A stretch of 64,000 nt of DNA from assembly GCA_963665665.1 (NCBI GenBank), contig OY762428.1, positions 192,001-256,000 of the forward strand, given 5' to 3'. Positions within the stretch are counted from its first letter, which is position 1; each line of letters starts with the position of its first letter. Position numbers and translations under genes: made by a program. A model generated the notes under the pieces. That model was given only the letters and a program-made list of their open reading frames with translations. It was not told where the DNA came from and did no database searches. This document shows, in pieces, positions 29,539 through 39,336 of this stretch. This stretch comes from Candidatus Kapaibacterium sp. (GTDB lineage: Bacteria > Bacteroidota > Ignavibacteria > Kapaibacteriales > UBA2268).

Positions 29539-30789
29539 ATGATTCAGGCAATAAGAGGAACAAAAGACATTCTGCCGGACACAATGCATAACTGGCATTA
29601 CATAGAAGATGTTTTCAGGAAATCTTCAGCCAAATTCTCATACAATGAAGTCAGAACGCCAATATTTGAAAAAACAGAAGTATTCTCGCGGGGAATCGGA
29701 GAAAACACAGACGTTGTGAATAAAGAAATGTACACATTCGAATCAAAGGGCGGCGATTCAATCACATTACGCCCGGAAATGACAGCTGCAATTGGCCGCT
29801 CGGTACTTCAAAACTCTCTTATTCAACAATCATCAGTACTCAGATACTGGTACTTCGGGCCATTTTTCAGATACGAAAATCCGCAGAAAGGCCGCCAGAG
29901 ACAGTTCCACCAGTATGGGGCAGAAACCATAGGTTCACCATATCCCGAGAGTGATATTGAAAATATTGCTCTCGCTAATGATATTATAAAATCTGCCGGG
30001 ATCAAAGAATATCAATTATTATTAAATTCAATCGGCAACACAGAATCAAGAATGAAATTCAGGCAAGCACTTGTTGAATATTTCTCAGGAATAAAAGATC
30101 AGCTTTCCGAGGATAGCCAGAACCGCTTAGATAAGAATCCACTTCGAATACTTGATTCGAAAAACAGAAATGATATCGAAGCCGTTAAAAATGCACCTGT
30201 AATAACAGATTACCTTGATGAAGAAAGCAGCAATCACTTCAATGAAGTTAAAGCTGGCCTGGAAAAGCTTGGTATCGAGTACCGGGAAGTTCCTACTTTA
30301 GTTAGGGGGCTGGATTATTATTGCCATACGGTTTTTGAATTCCAAAGTTCTGCTCTTGGCGCACAGGATTCTTTCGGAGGCGGCGGGCGCTACAACGGCC
30401 TGCTCCAGCAACTCGGGTCCAAGAAAGAAGTACCGGCAGTCGGTTTTGCTATGGGTGTTGAAAGGTTACTTCTTGTTTTGGAAGCTGAAAAAGCATTACC
30501 GGAAAATGCACCAGTACCGGATTTCTATGTAATCTGTGCCGGGGATTCACCAAGGGAATATTCTCTGAATGTAATCAATAAACTCCGTTCTAAAGGGCAC
30601 AATGTATTATCTGATATTCTTCGCCGTTCGATGAAAGCACAATTTCGGGAAGCCAATAAATCCGGAGCCCCTTATACCGTTATTATTGGTGAAGATGAGA
30701 TGAATAAAAATATTCTTCAGGTTAAGAAAATGGAAACCAGCGAACAAAAAGAAATTTCAGTAGATGATTTAGATTATATAAAATTTTAA
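29539..30789 (+). CDS. hisS: Histidine--tRNA ligase
   Basis: RGTKD, TPIFE, KEMYTF, LRPEMTA, FRYENPQKGR.RQFHQ, LVRGLDYY, GGGRY, GFAMGVER. Confidence 0.98.
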   Translation: MIQAIRGTKDILPDTMHNWHYIEDVFRKSSAKFSYNEVRTPIFEKTEVFSRGIGENTDVVNKEMYTFESKGGDSITLRPEMTAAIGRSVLQNSLIQQSSVLRYWYFGPFFRYENPQKGRQRQFHQYGAETIGSPYPESDIENIALANDIIKSAGIKEYQLLLNSIGNTESRMKFRQALVEYFSGIKDQLSEDSQNRLDKNPLRILDSKNRNDIEAVKNAPVITDYLDEESSNHFNEVKAGLEKLGIEYREVPTLVRGLDYYCHTVFEFQSSALGAQDSFGGGGRYNGLLQQLGSKKEVPAVGFAMGVERLLLVLEAEKALPENAPVPDFYVICAGDSPREYSLNVINKLRSKGHNVLSDILRRSMKAQFREANKSGAPYTVIIGEDEMNKNILQVKKMETSEQKEISVDDLDYIKF

Positions 30790-30821
30790 ATCGTTCTTAT
30801 TATTGAATATCATTCTTTGGG

Positions 30822-30944
30822 ATGTTTCAAAAGCCGAAAAAGATGTCATTCTGAGCGCATCGAAGAATCAAAAATTTGCATAATATATTGGTTCTTCACT
30901 TCGTTCAGAATGACAAACTTCATAAGATCAGAATATTGAAACAT
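30822..30944. repeat. Palindromic MITE/REPIN-like element (GTCATTCTGAG family), intact copy
   Basis: Outer arms ATGTTTCAA/TTGAAACAT; inner arms TGTCATTCTGAGCG..GAAGAA (30844) and TTCTTC..CGTTCAGAATGACA (ends 30915). Confidence 0.85.
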
Positions 30945-30985
30945 TCCGAATAATTTTTAAAATTGAACATAAACATCGGGTAGAA

Positions 30986-32221
30986 ATGGCTGCATATTAT
31001 AAATTTTTTAAAAAAGCGATAAGTATTAATCTATCCAAATTGCATATTAAAATATCCCTGGCCTTCGGAGCATTTATTATTTTGCTTGCAGTTATTCTGT
31101 TTACACAGTTAATGGTTAGCGATCTGATAAAGAGAGAACAGAAACTGATAACATTTTATGCAGACATGTATCAGCATTACGCAGGCCTGGAAAACGTTGA
31201 TGATTTTTTATTTTTCATGACAAATATCAATACAACTATCTCCTTTCCTGTAATTCTGACTGATGAAAAAGATGAACCGATAGCTCCATTCGAAGAGTGG
31301 ACCTTAAATATTTCTTTTTCCGAGGAAATGACTATGAAGGACAGGCGGGAATACCTGAATGATTTTATTGATGAAATGAAGTCAAGTTATCCCCCGCTTG
31401 TTGTAAAAGAAGGTATGATTACCACAAAAATATATTATACAAATTCCCCGCTGGTAAATTATCTGCTATTGTTCCCTTTAGTTGCTTTGATAATTGTGTT
31501 TGTTTTCATTTTTGTCGGGTATATGGCATTTTCTAATATCAGGAAAAGTGAAGAGCAGAAAGTATGGGTGGGTATGGCAAAGGAGGCTGCACATCAGCTT
31601 GGCACTCCTCTGTCATCGCTCATGGCCTGGATTGAAATACTGAAGATAAATAAAGACGAACCTGAGCTGATACATGAAACAATCGACGAAATGCAGAATG
31701 ACATTAACCGATTAAGTACAATCGCAACAAGGTTTTCAAAAATCGGTTCAATGCCTGAAAAATCACATAATAATCTTTCCGAATTGATAGAAAAAGTTAG
31801 TATCTACTTTGAAAAACGTCTTCCGCACCTTAAGAGAAAGGTTGATATTGTGCGCCATATTGATCCGGATATTATGGCAAATATTAATATTGAGCTTTTT
31901 GAATGGGTATTGGAAAATCTTATTAAAAATGCCGCCGAAGCTATTGAAGATAAAAAAGGCGAAGTTAGAATATCAGCTGGCATAGCTTCCGGACAGAAAA
32001 TAATTATTACAGTTTCAGATACCGGAAAAGGAATGAATGCCAAGCAGAAAAGATCTGCATTCAATCCCGGCTTCACAACCAAAAAACGCGGCTGGGGCTT
32101 GGGGCTCAGCCTTGTGCGCAGAATAGTCGAGGAATATCATAAAGGGAAAATATCCATAAAGGATTCCAGCCCCGGCAAGGGTACAACATTTATTATAGAA
32201 CTTCCGGGAAACGAAAAGTAA
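30986..32221 (+). CDS. Two-component sensor histidine kinase
   Basis: Two TM segments, AKEAAHQLGTPLSSL H-box, ENLIKNA, DTGKG, FTTKKRGWGLGLSL. Confidence 0.93.
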   Translation: MAAYYKFFKKAISINLSKLHIKISLAFGAFIILLAVILFTQLMVSDLIKREQKLITFYADMYQHYAGLENVDDFLFFMTNINTTISFPVILTDEKDEPIAPFEEWTLNISFSEEMTMKDRREYLNDFIDEMKSSYPPLVVKEGMITTKIYYTNSPLVNYLLLFPLVALIIVFVFIFVGYMAFSNIRKSEEQKVWVGMAKEAAHQLGTPLSSLMAWIEILKINKDEPELIHETIDEMQNDINRLSTIATRFSKIGSMPEKSHNNLSELIEKVSIYFEKRLPHLKRKVDIVRHIDPDIMANINIELFEWVLENLIKNAAEAIEDKKGEVRISAGIASGQKIIITVSDTGKGMNAKQKRSAFNPGFTTKKRGWGLGLSLVRRIVEEYHKGKISIKDSSPGKGTTFIIELPGNEK

Positions 32222-32231
32222 TTAATAACAG

Positions 32232-32945
32232 TTAAAATTTGTAATATAAATTCAGTGTTACGCCGCGCCTGATATTTGGAAGCACGGCAAAGGCAAGATT
32301 TTCATCAACATTGAAATCAAATAGATGCGCCCCGGCATAAGCGTCCACTGTGGCAATAAGATAAACACCCATAAGATAGAGGCCGCTAAGGTCGCGGTTG
32401 TCCCTGTAAAGTTCTTTCCATCTTTTCTGCAAGTCGAGCGAATCTTCTGCAACGCTCAGGGCATAGTTTAACTCGGAAGGAACATCTTCCCCATTCTCCT
32501 CTATAAGACTGATCTGCATTTCAAGATCGTCTATCCTGCTATCAATAACAGCAATTTCGTCCACTTTACCATTATACTTCGACCAGTTATCGGCAATAAA
32601 ATAAACAAGTGTTCCCGCAGCACCTGCGAAAATCGGAACTTTCCAGTAATTTTCCGTGTATACCTGCCCCAGGCCAGGAAAAATCAGAGAATAAACAATA
32701 GCCTTTGTTGTTGATTTCTGCATTTTAAAATTATAACTTTCTTCAGAAGCATCATTCTCCTGCTCGTTATCCGTACTATCCATAACAACAATGGATTTCT
32801 CTTTGTTAACAACTTCATTCAAAGCAGTGGAATCCTGAGGTATCTGAGCAAACAAAAGTGAACTCAGAAATATGAAAACAATAAATAAAATACAGGCTTT
32901 ACCCGGAAAGTTATTCTTAATACTATTTTTTTTCCTGAATCTCAA
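32232..32945 (-). CDS. DUF5683 domain-containing protein
   Basis: KA..YSLIFPGLGQVY..NYWKVPIF and YRDNRD...Y.I..VDAY..AHL.DF motifs. Confidence 0.8.
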   Translation of the reverse strand: MRFRKKNSIKNNFPGKACILFIVFIFLSSLLFAQIPQDSTALNEVVNKEKSIVVMDSTDNEQENDASEESYNFKMQKSTTKAIVYSLIFPGLGQVYTENYWKVPIFAGAAGTLVYFIADNWSKYNGKVDEIAVIDSRIDDLEMQISLIEENGEDVPSELNYALSVAEDSLDLQKRWKELYRDNRDLSGLYLMGVYLIATVDAYAGAHLFDFNVDENLAFAVLPNIRRGVTLNLYYKF

Positions 32946-32994
32946 CCTTAATTCTTATACATGAATAAATACCTAAATAATATACCTAATAAAC

Positions 32995-33029
32995 TAATCG
33001 TCCAACGGATTTAAGTCGTCGGACGATTA
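32995..33029. terminator. Stem-loop downstream of ridA
   Basis: TAATCGTCC...GGACGATTA inverted repeat 14 bp past the ridA stop; weak U-tail. Confidence 0.55.
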
Positions 33030-33042
33030 TATTGCATTCAGA

Positions 33043-33423
33043 TTATTTTACCAGAACGATTGCTTCGATTTCAACAAGAACGTCTTTTGGAAGCCTTGCA
33101 ACTTCGAATGCAGCCCTTGCCGGTTTGCTCTCGCCAAAATATTCGTTGTAAACTTCGTTCATTTTCACGAAGTCGTTCATATCTTTCATAAGTACTGTTG
33201 TTTTAACAACATCATTAACTGTTGCGCCTGCTTCATCAAGAATAGCAATGATGTTTTTAATTGACTGGTGAGTCTGTCCTACAATTTCATCACCAACGCA
33301 TTTACCACTTGCATCAAAAGGAATCTGGCCGGAAATAAACATAAAATTACCACTTGCTTTTACTGCCTGTGAATAAGGCCCGATTGGTGCGGGAGCCTTG
33401 TCTGAATAAACTGCTTCTTTCAT
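33043..33423 (-). CDS. ridA: RidA (YjgF/YER057c/UK114) reactive imine deaminase
   Basis: [54 protein letters not shown]. Confidence 0.93.
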   Translation of the reverse strand: MKEAVYSDKAPAPIGPYSQAVKASGNFMFISGQIPFDASGKCVGDEIVGQTHQSIKNIIAILDEAGATVNDVVKTTVLMKDMNDFVKMNEVYNEYFGESKPARAAFEVARLPKDVLVEIEAIVLVK

Positions 33424-33450
33424 TTTGCTACTCCAATATTATTATTTCAA

Positions 33451-33789
33451 TTAGTTATCTCTATTTTCCGATTTCAAAATATAGTAAACCTTCTCCCCTT
33501 TCCTGACCATACCGTATTTTTCCCTGGCAATTCGTTCAATTTCCAGGGTATCGCTATGAAGACGATTAATTATGGCATTCAGGGAATCTTCCCTGGTTTT
33601 CAGGGATTCAATCTCACCGGCAAGCTCAGATTTCTTCGATTGCAGGCTGATTAATGAAATTACCCCGTGATCTGAAAAAAGAATAAAAGCTGATATAACA
33701 AGGAAAATTCCGCCGATAATTAATACTTTCCGACGTTTCAGGGTATAATCCCTAATCTGATTTATTCTTTCCTTGTTTATAAATTGCAT
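33451..33789 (-). CDS. ftsB: Septum formation initiator (FtsB/DivIC family)
   Basis: Single TM, coiled coil, IERIAREKYGMVRKGEKVY motif. Confidence 0.85.
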   Translation of the reverse strand: MQFINKERINQIRDYTLKRRKVLIIGGIFLVISAFILFSDHGVISLISLQSKKSELAGEIESLKTREDSLNAIINRLHSDTLEIERIAREKYGMVRKGEKVYYILKSENRDN

Positions 33790-33823
33790 CTTGAAATCGA
33801 AATATTATATTCTTCAAAACTTG

Positions 33824-33866
33824 AAAAAAGCCCGCCCGTTTTCCAAATTAAGTCGGGACAGGCTTT
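33824..33866 (-). terminator. Probable terminator after gcvPA
   Basis: AAAAAAGCCCGCCCG...CGGGACAGGCTTT imperfect stem with an A-run on +. Confidence 0.5.
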
Positions 33867-34024
33867 ATTTATCTTTTTTTAAGATGTTTATAAATCTGAA
33901 CTTTATTTTTGTCGTTCTGAATATAATGAAGGATATGGTTTTCACTAATTCTTTGGATACTTCGCTACGCTCGGAACGACAATTGTTCAAACTTACATTA
34001 CAACTTAATAATCATTTTCAAATA

Positions 34025-35365
34025 TTATTTTGCGAATTTTTTCAAAAATTCAACAAAATCATCCATTTCCTTTTTGCTGCGTTTTTCTGTAACAGAAATC
34101 AACAGTCCCGGTTTGCAACCCGGGAATCGAGAGCTGTCGATACCTGCAAGAAAACCGGCCTTTTCGCCTTCTTCGATGATCTCTTTTGCCGGAATCGGAG
34201 TTTCAACAAGGAAGTCATAAAGGAAGGGTTTGTCATTCATCAGCTGGAATCCTTGGATTTCTGCAATTTTCTTAGCAAGATAGTGTGCTTTCTGGAAAGA
34301 CTGCTCTGCAACTTCTTTTATTCCTGATTTACCCATTGTAGCCATGTAAACAGTAGCGGCAAGCATAAACAATCCCTGGTTAGTACAGATATTTGATGTT
34401 GCCTTTTCTCTCTTGATCTGCTGTTCTCTTGTCTGTAATGTAAGAACAAAACCGCGATTGCCGTCGGAATCGACTGTAACACCGGAAAGCCTGCCAGGCA
34501 TTTTGCGAACAAATTTCTGCTTACAGGCAAATAATCCGAGGTAAGGGCCACCATAGCTCATCGGGATACCGAGGGGCTGCCCTTCACCTACAACTATATC
34601 TGCATTATAATTACCTGGAGCTTCCAGAACTCCGAGAGAAATCGGATCAACAACCACAACAAACAAACCTTTGTGGGTGTGAGCAATTTTCTCAATTCCA
34701 AAAACATCTTCTATATTACCATAAGCATTTGGCTGCTGTGTGATAACAGCAGCAACATCCGCATTCATATTTTCTTCAAGCTTATTCAGATCGCAAAGTC
34801 CGTCATCGGTGGAACATTCAATAAAATTGAATTCTTTACCGGCTGTAATATCTGAAAGAACGCGCTGATAATGCGGGTTAAGCTTACCGGCTATCAGAAA
34901 TGTGGATTTTTTTGTTTGAATGTTTGCCAGGAAAGCAGCTTCTGCAATTGCAGTGCCTCCATCATAAAGCGAAGCATTTGCAACATCCATTCCTGTAAGC
35001 TGGCATATCATTGTCTGGAATTCGTACATGGCCTGAAGCGTCCCTTGTGATACTTCAGCCTGATAGGGTGTGTATGCTGTTTTAAATTCCGGACGTTCCA
35101 ATACGCTATACACCATGGATGGAACATACCTGTCGTGAGCTCCGCCCCCCATAAAACAAATATGGGAATCGGCAGCAATATTATTCTGAGCATAAGAATC
35201 AATAAGTTTTATTACTTCATATTCTGACAGGGAATCAGGGATATTCAAATCACCCTTGAACCTGATGTTTTCAGGAATTTTAGCGATTAATTCGTCAAAA
35301 TTCTCCACACCAATCTGTTCAAGCATTTCCTTGCGGTCCTGGTCAGTATTCGGTACGTAAGCCAT
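34025..35365 (-). CDS. gcvPA: Glycine dehydrogenase (decarboxylating) subunit 1
   Basis: EFKTAYTPYQAEVSQGTLQ, ANASLYDG, GGPYLG, LQTREQ.I.REKATSNICTNQ. Confidence 0.96.
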   Translation of the reverse strand: MAYVPNTDQDRKEMLEQIGVENFDELIAKIPENIRFKGDLNIPDSLSEYEVIKLIDSYAQNNIAADSHICFMGGGAHDRYVPSMVYSVLERPEFKTAYTPYQAEVSQGTLQAMYEFQTMICQLTGMDVANASLYDGGTAIAEAAFLANIQTKKSTFLIAGKLNPHYQRVLSDITAGKEFNFIECSTDDGLCDLNKLEENMNADVAAVITQQPNAYGNIEDVFGIEKIAHTHKGLFVVVVDPISLGVLEAPGNYNADIVVGEGQPLGIPMSYGGPYLGLFACKQKFVRKMPGRLSGVTVDSDGNRGFVLTLQTREQQIKREKATSNICTNQGLFMLAATVYMATMGKSGIKEVAEQSFQKAHYLAKKIAEIQGFQLMNDKPFLYDFLVETPIPAKEIIEEGEKAGFLAGIDSSRFPGCKPGLLISVTEKRSKKEMDDFVEFLKKFAK

Positions 35366-35640
35366 ATTAAGCTCCTATCTATAAAAGTCGAATTAAAAAA
35401 TCATTTTCAACGAACACAAATTTATATTAAAATCCTTTGCTATGCAATAGATAATAATTGAGAAATTTTGATTTAAATCAGGATTAAAATACATTAGTAT
35501 CAAATTAGAACATTTCATACAAATCCGATTAATATTATTATCCGATCTTATTATTGATATTTCAAAAATATTGATTAAATTAAGCCGTTCTGAAAATAGG
35601 AAATTATTGTAAAAAATGTCGATATCCGGCTTCGAAAACA

Positions 35641-36498
35641 ATGGCAGACAGAAATTTAATAAGATTCGACTGGGCAATCAAAAGGCTCCTGCGCAACAAA
35701 GCAGACTATTCTGTTCTGGAAGGCTTCCTGTCTGAATTGCTCAAAGAAAATGTTAGTATTGAAACCATCCTTGAAAGCGAAAGCAACCGGCAGTTTGAAA
35801 AAGATAAATTTAACCGGGTTGATATGCTTGTCCGAAATTCAAAAGACGAACTTGTTATCATTGAAATCCAAAATGAGCAGGAATATGATTATTTCCACAG
35901 AATGGCTTACGGCTCATCAAAAACCCTTACAGAACATATAAGCGTAGGCGAACCTTATATTAATATCAAAAAGATCTATTCAATCAACATTGTTTATTTC
36001 GACCTTGGGCAGGGAGATGATTATATTTATCACGGAAAAACGGATTTTACCGGTATCCACAAAAATGACAAACTGATACTTTCACCAAAACAGGCTGAAT
36101 ATTTAGGAAAAAAGAAACCTTCCGAAATTTTTCCAGAATACTATGTGATTAAGGTAAATCAATTTGATGATATTGCAAAAGACAAACTGGACGAATGGAT
36201 TTATTATCTGAAAAACAATGAAATTAAAGATAGTTTCACTGCCAGGGGTATTGACAAAGCCAGAGAATTGTGGAAAACAGACAAATTAGACAATGACGAA
36301 TACATTGGCTACAAAAAGCACCTCGAGGATCTGCATTATGCCGCAAGTATGGCATGGTCGATGAAAATGGATGCAGAATACAATGTTAGAAAATCCGAAG
36401 CAATGAAAATTGCAAAGAAACTTAAAATAGCTGGTATGGATAATGATTCAATAATGGAATGTACCGGGTTAAATAAAGACCAGATTGAGAAATTGTAA
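35641..36498 (+). CDS. Rpn family recombination-promoting nuclease / putative transposase (PD-(D/E)XK)
   Basis: IRFDWAIKRLLR.KA, KFNRVDML, IIEIQ, YFHRM.YG.SK, LDEWIYYLK, C-terminal IAKKLK.AG.....I...TGL....IE.L. Confidence 0.92.
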   Translation: MADRNLIRFDWAIKRLLRNKADYSVLEGFLSELLKENVSIETILESESNRQFEKDKFNRVDMLVRNSKDELVIIEIQNEQEYDYFHRMAYGSSKTLTEHISVGEPYINIKKIYSINIVYFDLGQGDDYIYHGKTDFTGIHKNDKLILSPKQAEYLGKKKPSEIFPEYYVIKVNQFDDIAKDKLDEWIYYLKNNEIKDSFTARGIDKARELWKTDKLDNDEYIGYKKHLEDLHYAASMAWSMKMDAEYNVRKSEAMKIAKKLKIAGMDNDSIMECTGLNKDQIEKL

Positions 36499-36533
36499 TA
36501 GTAACATCCTGTCCATTCATGGTTTTTCATTCT

Positions 36534-36614
36534 TTAGCCGTATTCCAAAATATCTCCGGCCTGGCATTCCAATACCCTGAATATCTCCTAAAATGTAAAA
36601 AATCGAAACGCTAT
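36534..36614 (-). pseudogene. 3' remnant of a YozG-like XRE/HTH_26 transcriptional regulator
   Basis: Minus strand reads IAFRFFTF*EIFRVLECQAGDILEYG*, matching the family C-terminus AIRFSTLEAICxxLxCQPGDILEY; internal stop, no 5' half. Confidence 0.6.
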
Positions 36615-36908
36615 AGAACAAACCCAATTTATGCCACAATTTTAAACTTTTGGCATTTTAATCATAAAAAAATATTCTTTCCCCTGACGAATCTGAATAT
36701 TTTTTATCTTGTGCCGCAAAGACCAAACAATCATGCTTTTGCTGCTTTCATATATATCTCATATTCTATGATAATTCATATCTGTAACATCATAGTATAT
36801 TTACATTTATCAACAACAAGCAGCAATTATTAATTTTTTTTAAAAAAACTCTTGCTCTTGAATAATATGTTTTTTATATTCAATTGGTGAAATAGTTGCA
36901 AGGGCCTT

Positions 36909-38162
36909 ATGAAGTTTGTCAACATTGATAACATCCTTAGTACGATTTTAGTAATACTAATACTGAAATTTCTTCCCTATATATTCCAGGTTGATTTCCT
37001 TAATCCCATTGAAAACACACTTGAAGATTTCCAGATCAGCGATATTGTATTCTCGAAAATTATGGATGAAAATGCAATTCCTGATACAAATATTGTTTTA
37101 GTTAATATTGGCCTGCTTAATCGTAAAGGTATAGCTGCCCAAATAAATATTATCAATAGATACTCGCCCAAAGTAATTGGAATTGACAGCTTTTTTCGCG
37201 AATTGAAATCCGATGACCTTGATGATCCCCTGGCAAGAGCATTTGCAAAAACCAACAACCTGGTTCTTGTAAGCGAACTATACGATTACAATAACAGGTG
37301 GAATTATTGGGATACTATTAAAACTTCACATGAAAAGTTCAGCAGGAACGCGAAAAGCGGCTATGCAAATTTTATAGTCCGGGATGATAATTACAGAACA
37401 GTAAGAAATTTTACACCTAAAGAATTTGTCAGAAACCGCAGGGAACTATCTTTTGCTTTGCAGGTTGCATCGATTTACAGGCCCGAGTCAGTTGACAGAA
37501 TGATGGCAGCACCCGAGCAAACAGAATTTATAATTAATTTCAGGAGAAACACGGACAAATACAGAACCCTTGATGCATTTCAATTATTTAAAATGCGGGA
37601 CAGCCTGCATTTCTTAGAAGGTAAGATCGTCCTGCTGGGATTTATGGGGCCGGATGTAATTTCCCCCACGAATGAAGATATGTTCTTCACACCGCTGAAC
37701 GACAGATATGTAGGAAAAAATTACCCGGACATGTACGGCGTTGTTGTTCATGCAAATATCATTTCAATGATGCTGGAAAATAGTTACCTTACTTCAGTAC
37801 CCTATTCCTATTCCCAGGCTTTCACCGTTATGGTAATTTTTTTCAATATGTGCCTGTATTCATTTGTCAGAAGAAAATTTCCATCATTATACGAGCCGGT
37901 CAGTTTATTAGGAACATTTAGTCAGATTCTGATAATTTTATTATTTTTAATGGGTTTATTCTACTATTTCGGTGTCCAGGCACAAAATGCGGGTGTGTTT
38001 TTTGCATTGCTGCTGTGCAAACAGGGCTATGAGTTATATAACGATTCCCTGAAAGAAATTGCAATGAAAAGAGCGAAAAGATTAATGCCCCAAAAATTCA
38101 GAAATTCAGGGAGAATGAAAAACTTCAGGGAAAGGCTGTTCAGAAAATATGCTGATAAATAA
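36909..38162 (+). CDS. CHASE2 domain membrane protein without cytoplasmic output domain
   Basis: DTNIVLVNI, R..IA, PKVIGID, GKIVLLG, D.FFTP, MYGVVVHANIISM followed by three TM helices and a short basic tail. Confidence 0.85.
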   Translation: MKFVNIDNILSTILVILILKFLPYIFQVDFLNPIENTLEDFQISDIVFSKIMDENAIPDTNIVLVNIGLLNRKGIAAQINIINRYSPKVIGIDSFFRELKSDDLDDPLARAFAKTNNLVLVSELYDYNNRWNYWDTIKTSHEKFSRNAKSGYANFIVRDDNYRTVRNFTPKEFVRNRRELSFALQVASIYRPESVDRMMAAPEQTEFIINFRRNTDKYRTLDAFQLFKMRDSLHFLEGKIVLLGFMGPDVISPTNEDMFFTPLNDRYVGKNYPDMYGVVVHANIISMMLENSYLTSVPYSYSQAFTVMVIFFNMCLYSFVRRKFPSLYEPVSLLGTFSQILIILLFLMGLFYYFGVQAQNAGVFFALLLCKQGYELYNDSLKEIAMKRAKRLMPQKFRNSGRMKNFRERLFRKYADK

Positions 38163-39324
38163 AAAAATATTGCGGGATTCTCTTTTTTCAACACTTCTGG
38201 TGCTGGTATTTATGTTTGTGCTTCCTGCATTTTTCAGTTTTGATATTTTTGAACCTATAAAGGACTCTCTTGAAGATTTTCAGATAACTGACATACACTA
38301 TTCCAAAATTGAAGACAAGCAAACAACCGAAGCAGATACAAATATTGTAATTATCGATATTGAAAATCTTAGCAATGCCGGCCTTGCAAAATTGATAAGA
38401 GATGTACACCAATTTCATCCGAAAGTAGTAGGCATAAATACAATATTGAAGAAAAGTAATAAAAAAATTGACGATTTATCCCTTGCCGATGCAATTAAAA
38501 ATGTAAAGAATGTTGTTTTCTCTGCCCGGCTTAAAAATGATACCCTGATAACAAGTGATAAAATTTTTATGCCATCTGAAGATTTTAAAATTGGAATAAG
38601 CACAGTGATCAGTAATGATCTGAAACAATATTTCACTGTCAGGGATTTTAAGCCTAAATTTGAATTTAAGGGTAAAAAAATCAACTCCTTCGGAATGGAA
38701 ATTATGTCGATATACTCACCCGGAGCATACAATCAAATTGAAAACAGAAACAGTGAAACTGAAATAATACATTACAGGGGAAATTACCGTAAGTTTCCTT
38801 TTATAGAAGGTATATCACTTGTTCGGGAAGGAATTACAGAAGAATTTATCAGGGGAAAAATAATTCTGCTTGGAGTAGTTGGAGCATTCAGAAAATACGA
38901 TCTTCTTGAAAGGCTTTATTTCACCCCGATGAACGAAAGATTTGCAGGCAGAACATTCCCGGATATGACCGGAACAGAGATCCAGGCAAACATTATTTCC
39001 ATGATCGGGAAGGGAATTTATACCGGAAAAATGCCCGGATGGGTAAGTATTATTATTGCCATAATTTTATGTTATGCTAATATGATAATTTTTTCTTACA
39101 TTTGTGTTAAAAATATTTCATGGTTCGAGTTAGGGAGCCTGCTAATATTTGTGATAGAATCTTTGAGCATGATGGCGTTGACAGTATATTCATATAGCCT
39201 GTTTCGATTTCAATTCAGCCTTACCGAAGCGCTGTTCGCATCGGCACTGTCTATTTTCGCTTATCAGATTTACAATGATTCTCTTAAACCTGCTTTAATA
39301 AACATGTTGAAAAAGATCACTTAA
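38149..39324 (+). CDS. CHASE2 domain membrane protein (paralog) without output domain
   Basis: DTNIVIIDI, PKVVGI, GKIILLG, YFTP, MTGTEIQANIISM plus three TM helices; overlaps the upstream paralog by 14 bp. Confidence 0.83.
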   Translation: MLINKKILRDSLFSTLLVLVFMFVLPAFFSFDIFEPIKDSLEDFQITDIHYSKIEDKQTTEADTNIVIIDIENLSNAGLAKLIRDVHQFHPKVVGINTILKKSNKKIDDLSLADAIKNVKNVVFSARLKNDTLITSDKIFMPSEDFKIGISTVISNDLKQYFTVRDFKPKFEFKGKKINSFGMEIMSIYSPGAYNQIENRNSETEIIHYRGNYRKFPFIEGISLVREGITEEFIRGKIILLGVVGAFRKYDLLERLYFTPMNERFAGRTFPDMTGTEIQANIISMIGKGIYTGKMPGWVSIIIAIILCYANMIIFSYICVKNISWFELGSLLIFVIESLSMMALTVYSYSLFRFQFSLTEALFASALSIFAYQIYNDSLKPALINMLKKIT

Positions 39325-39336
39325 CAGGAGTCAGTC

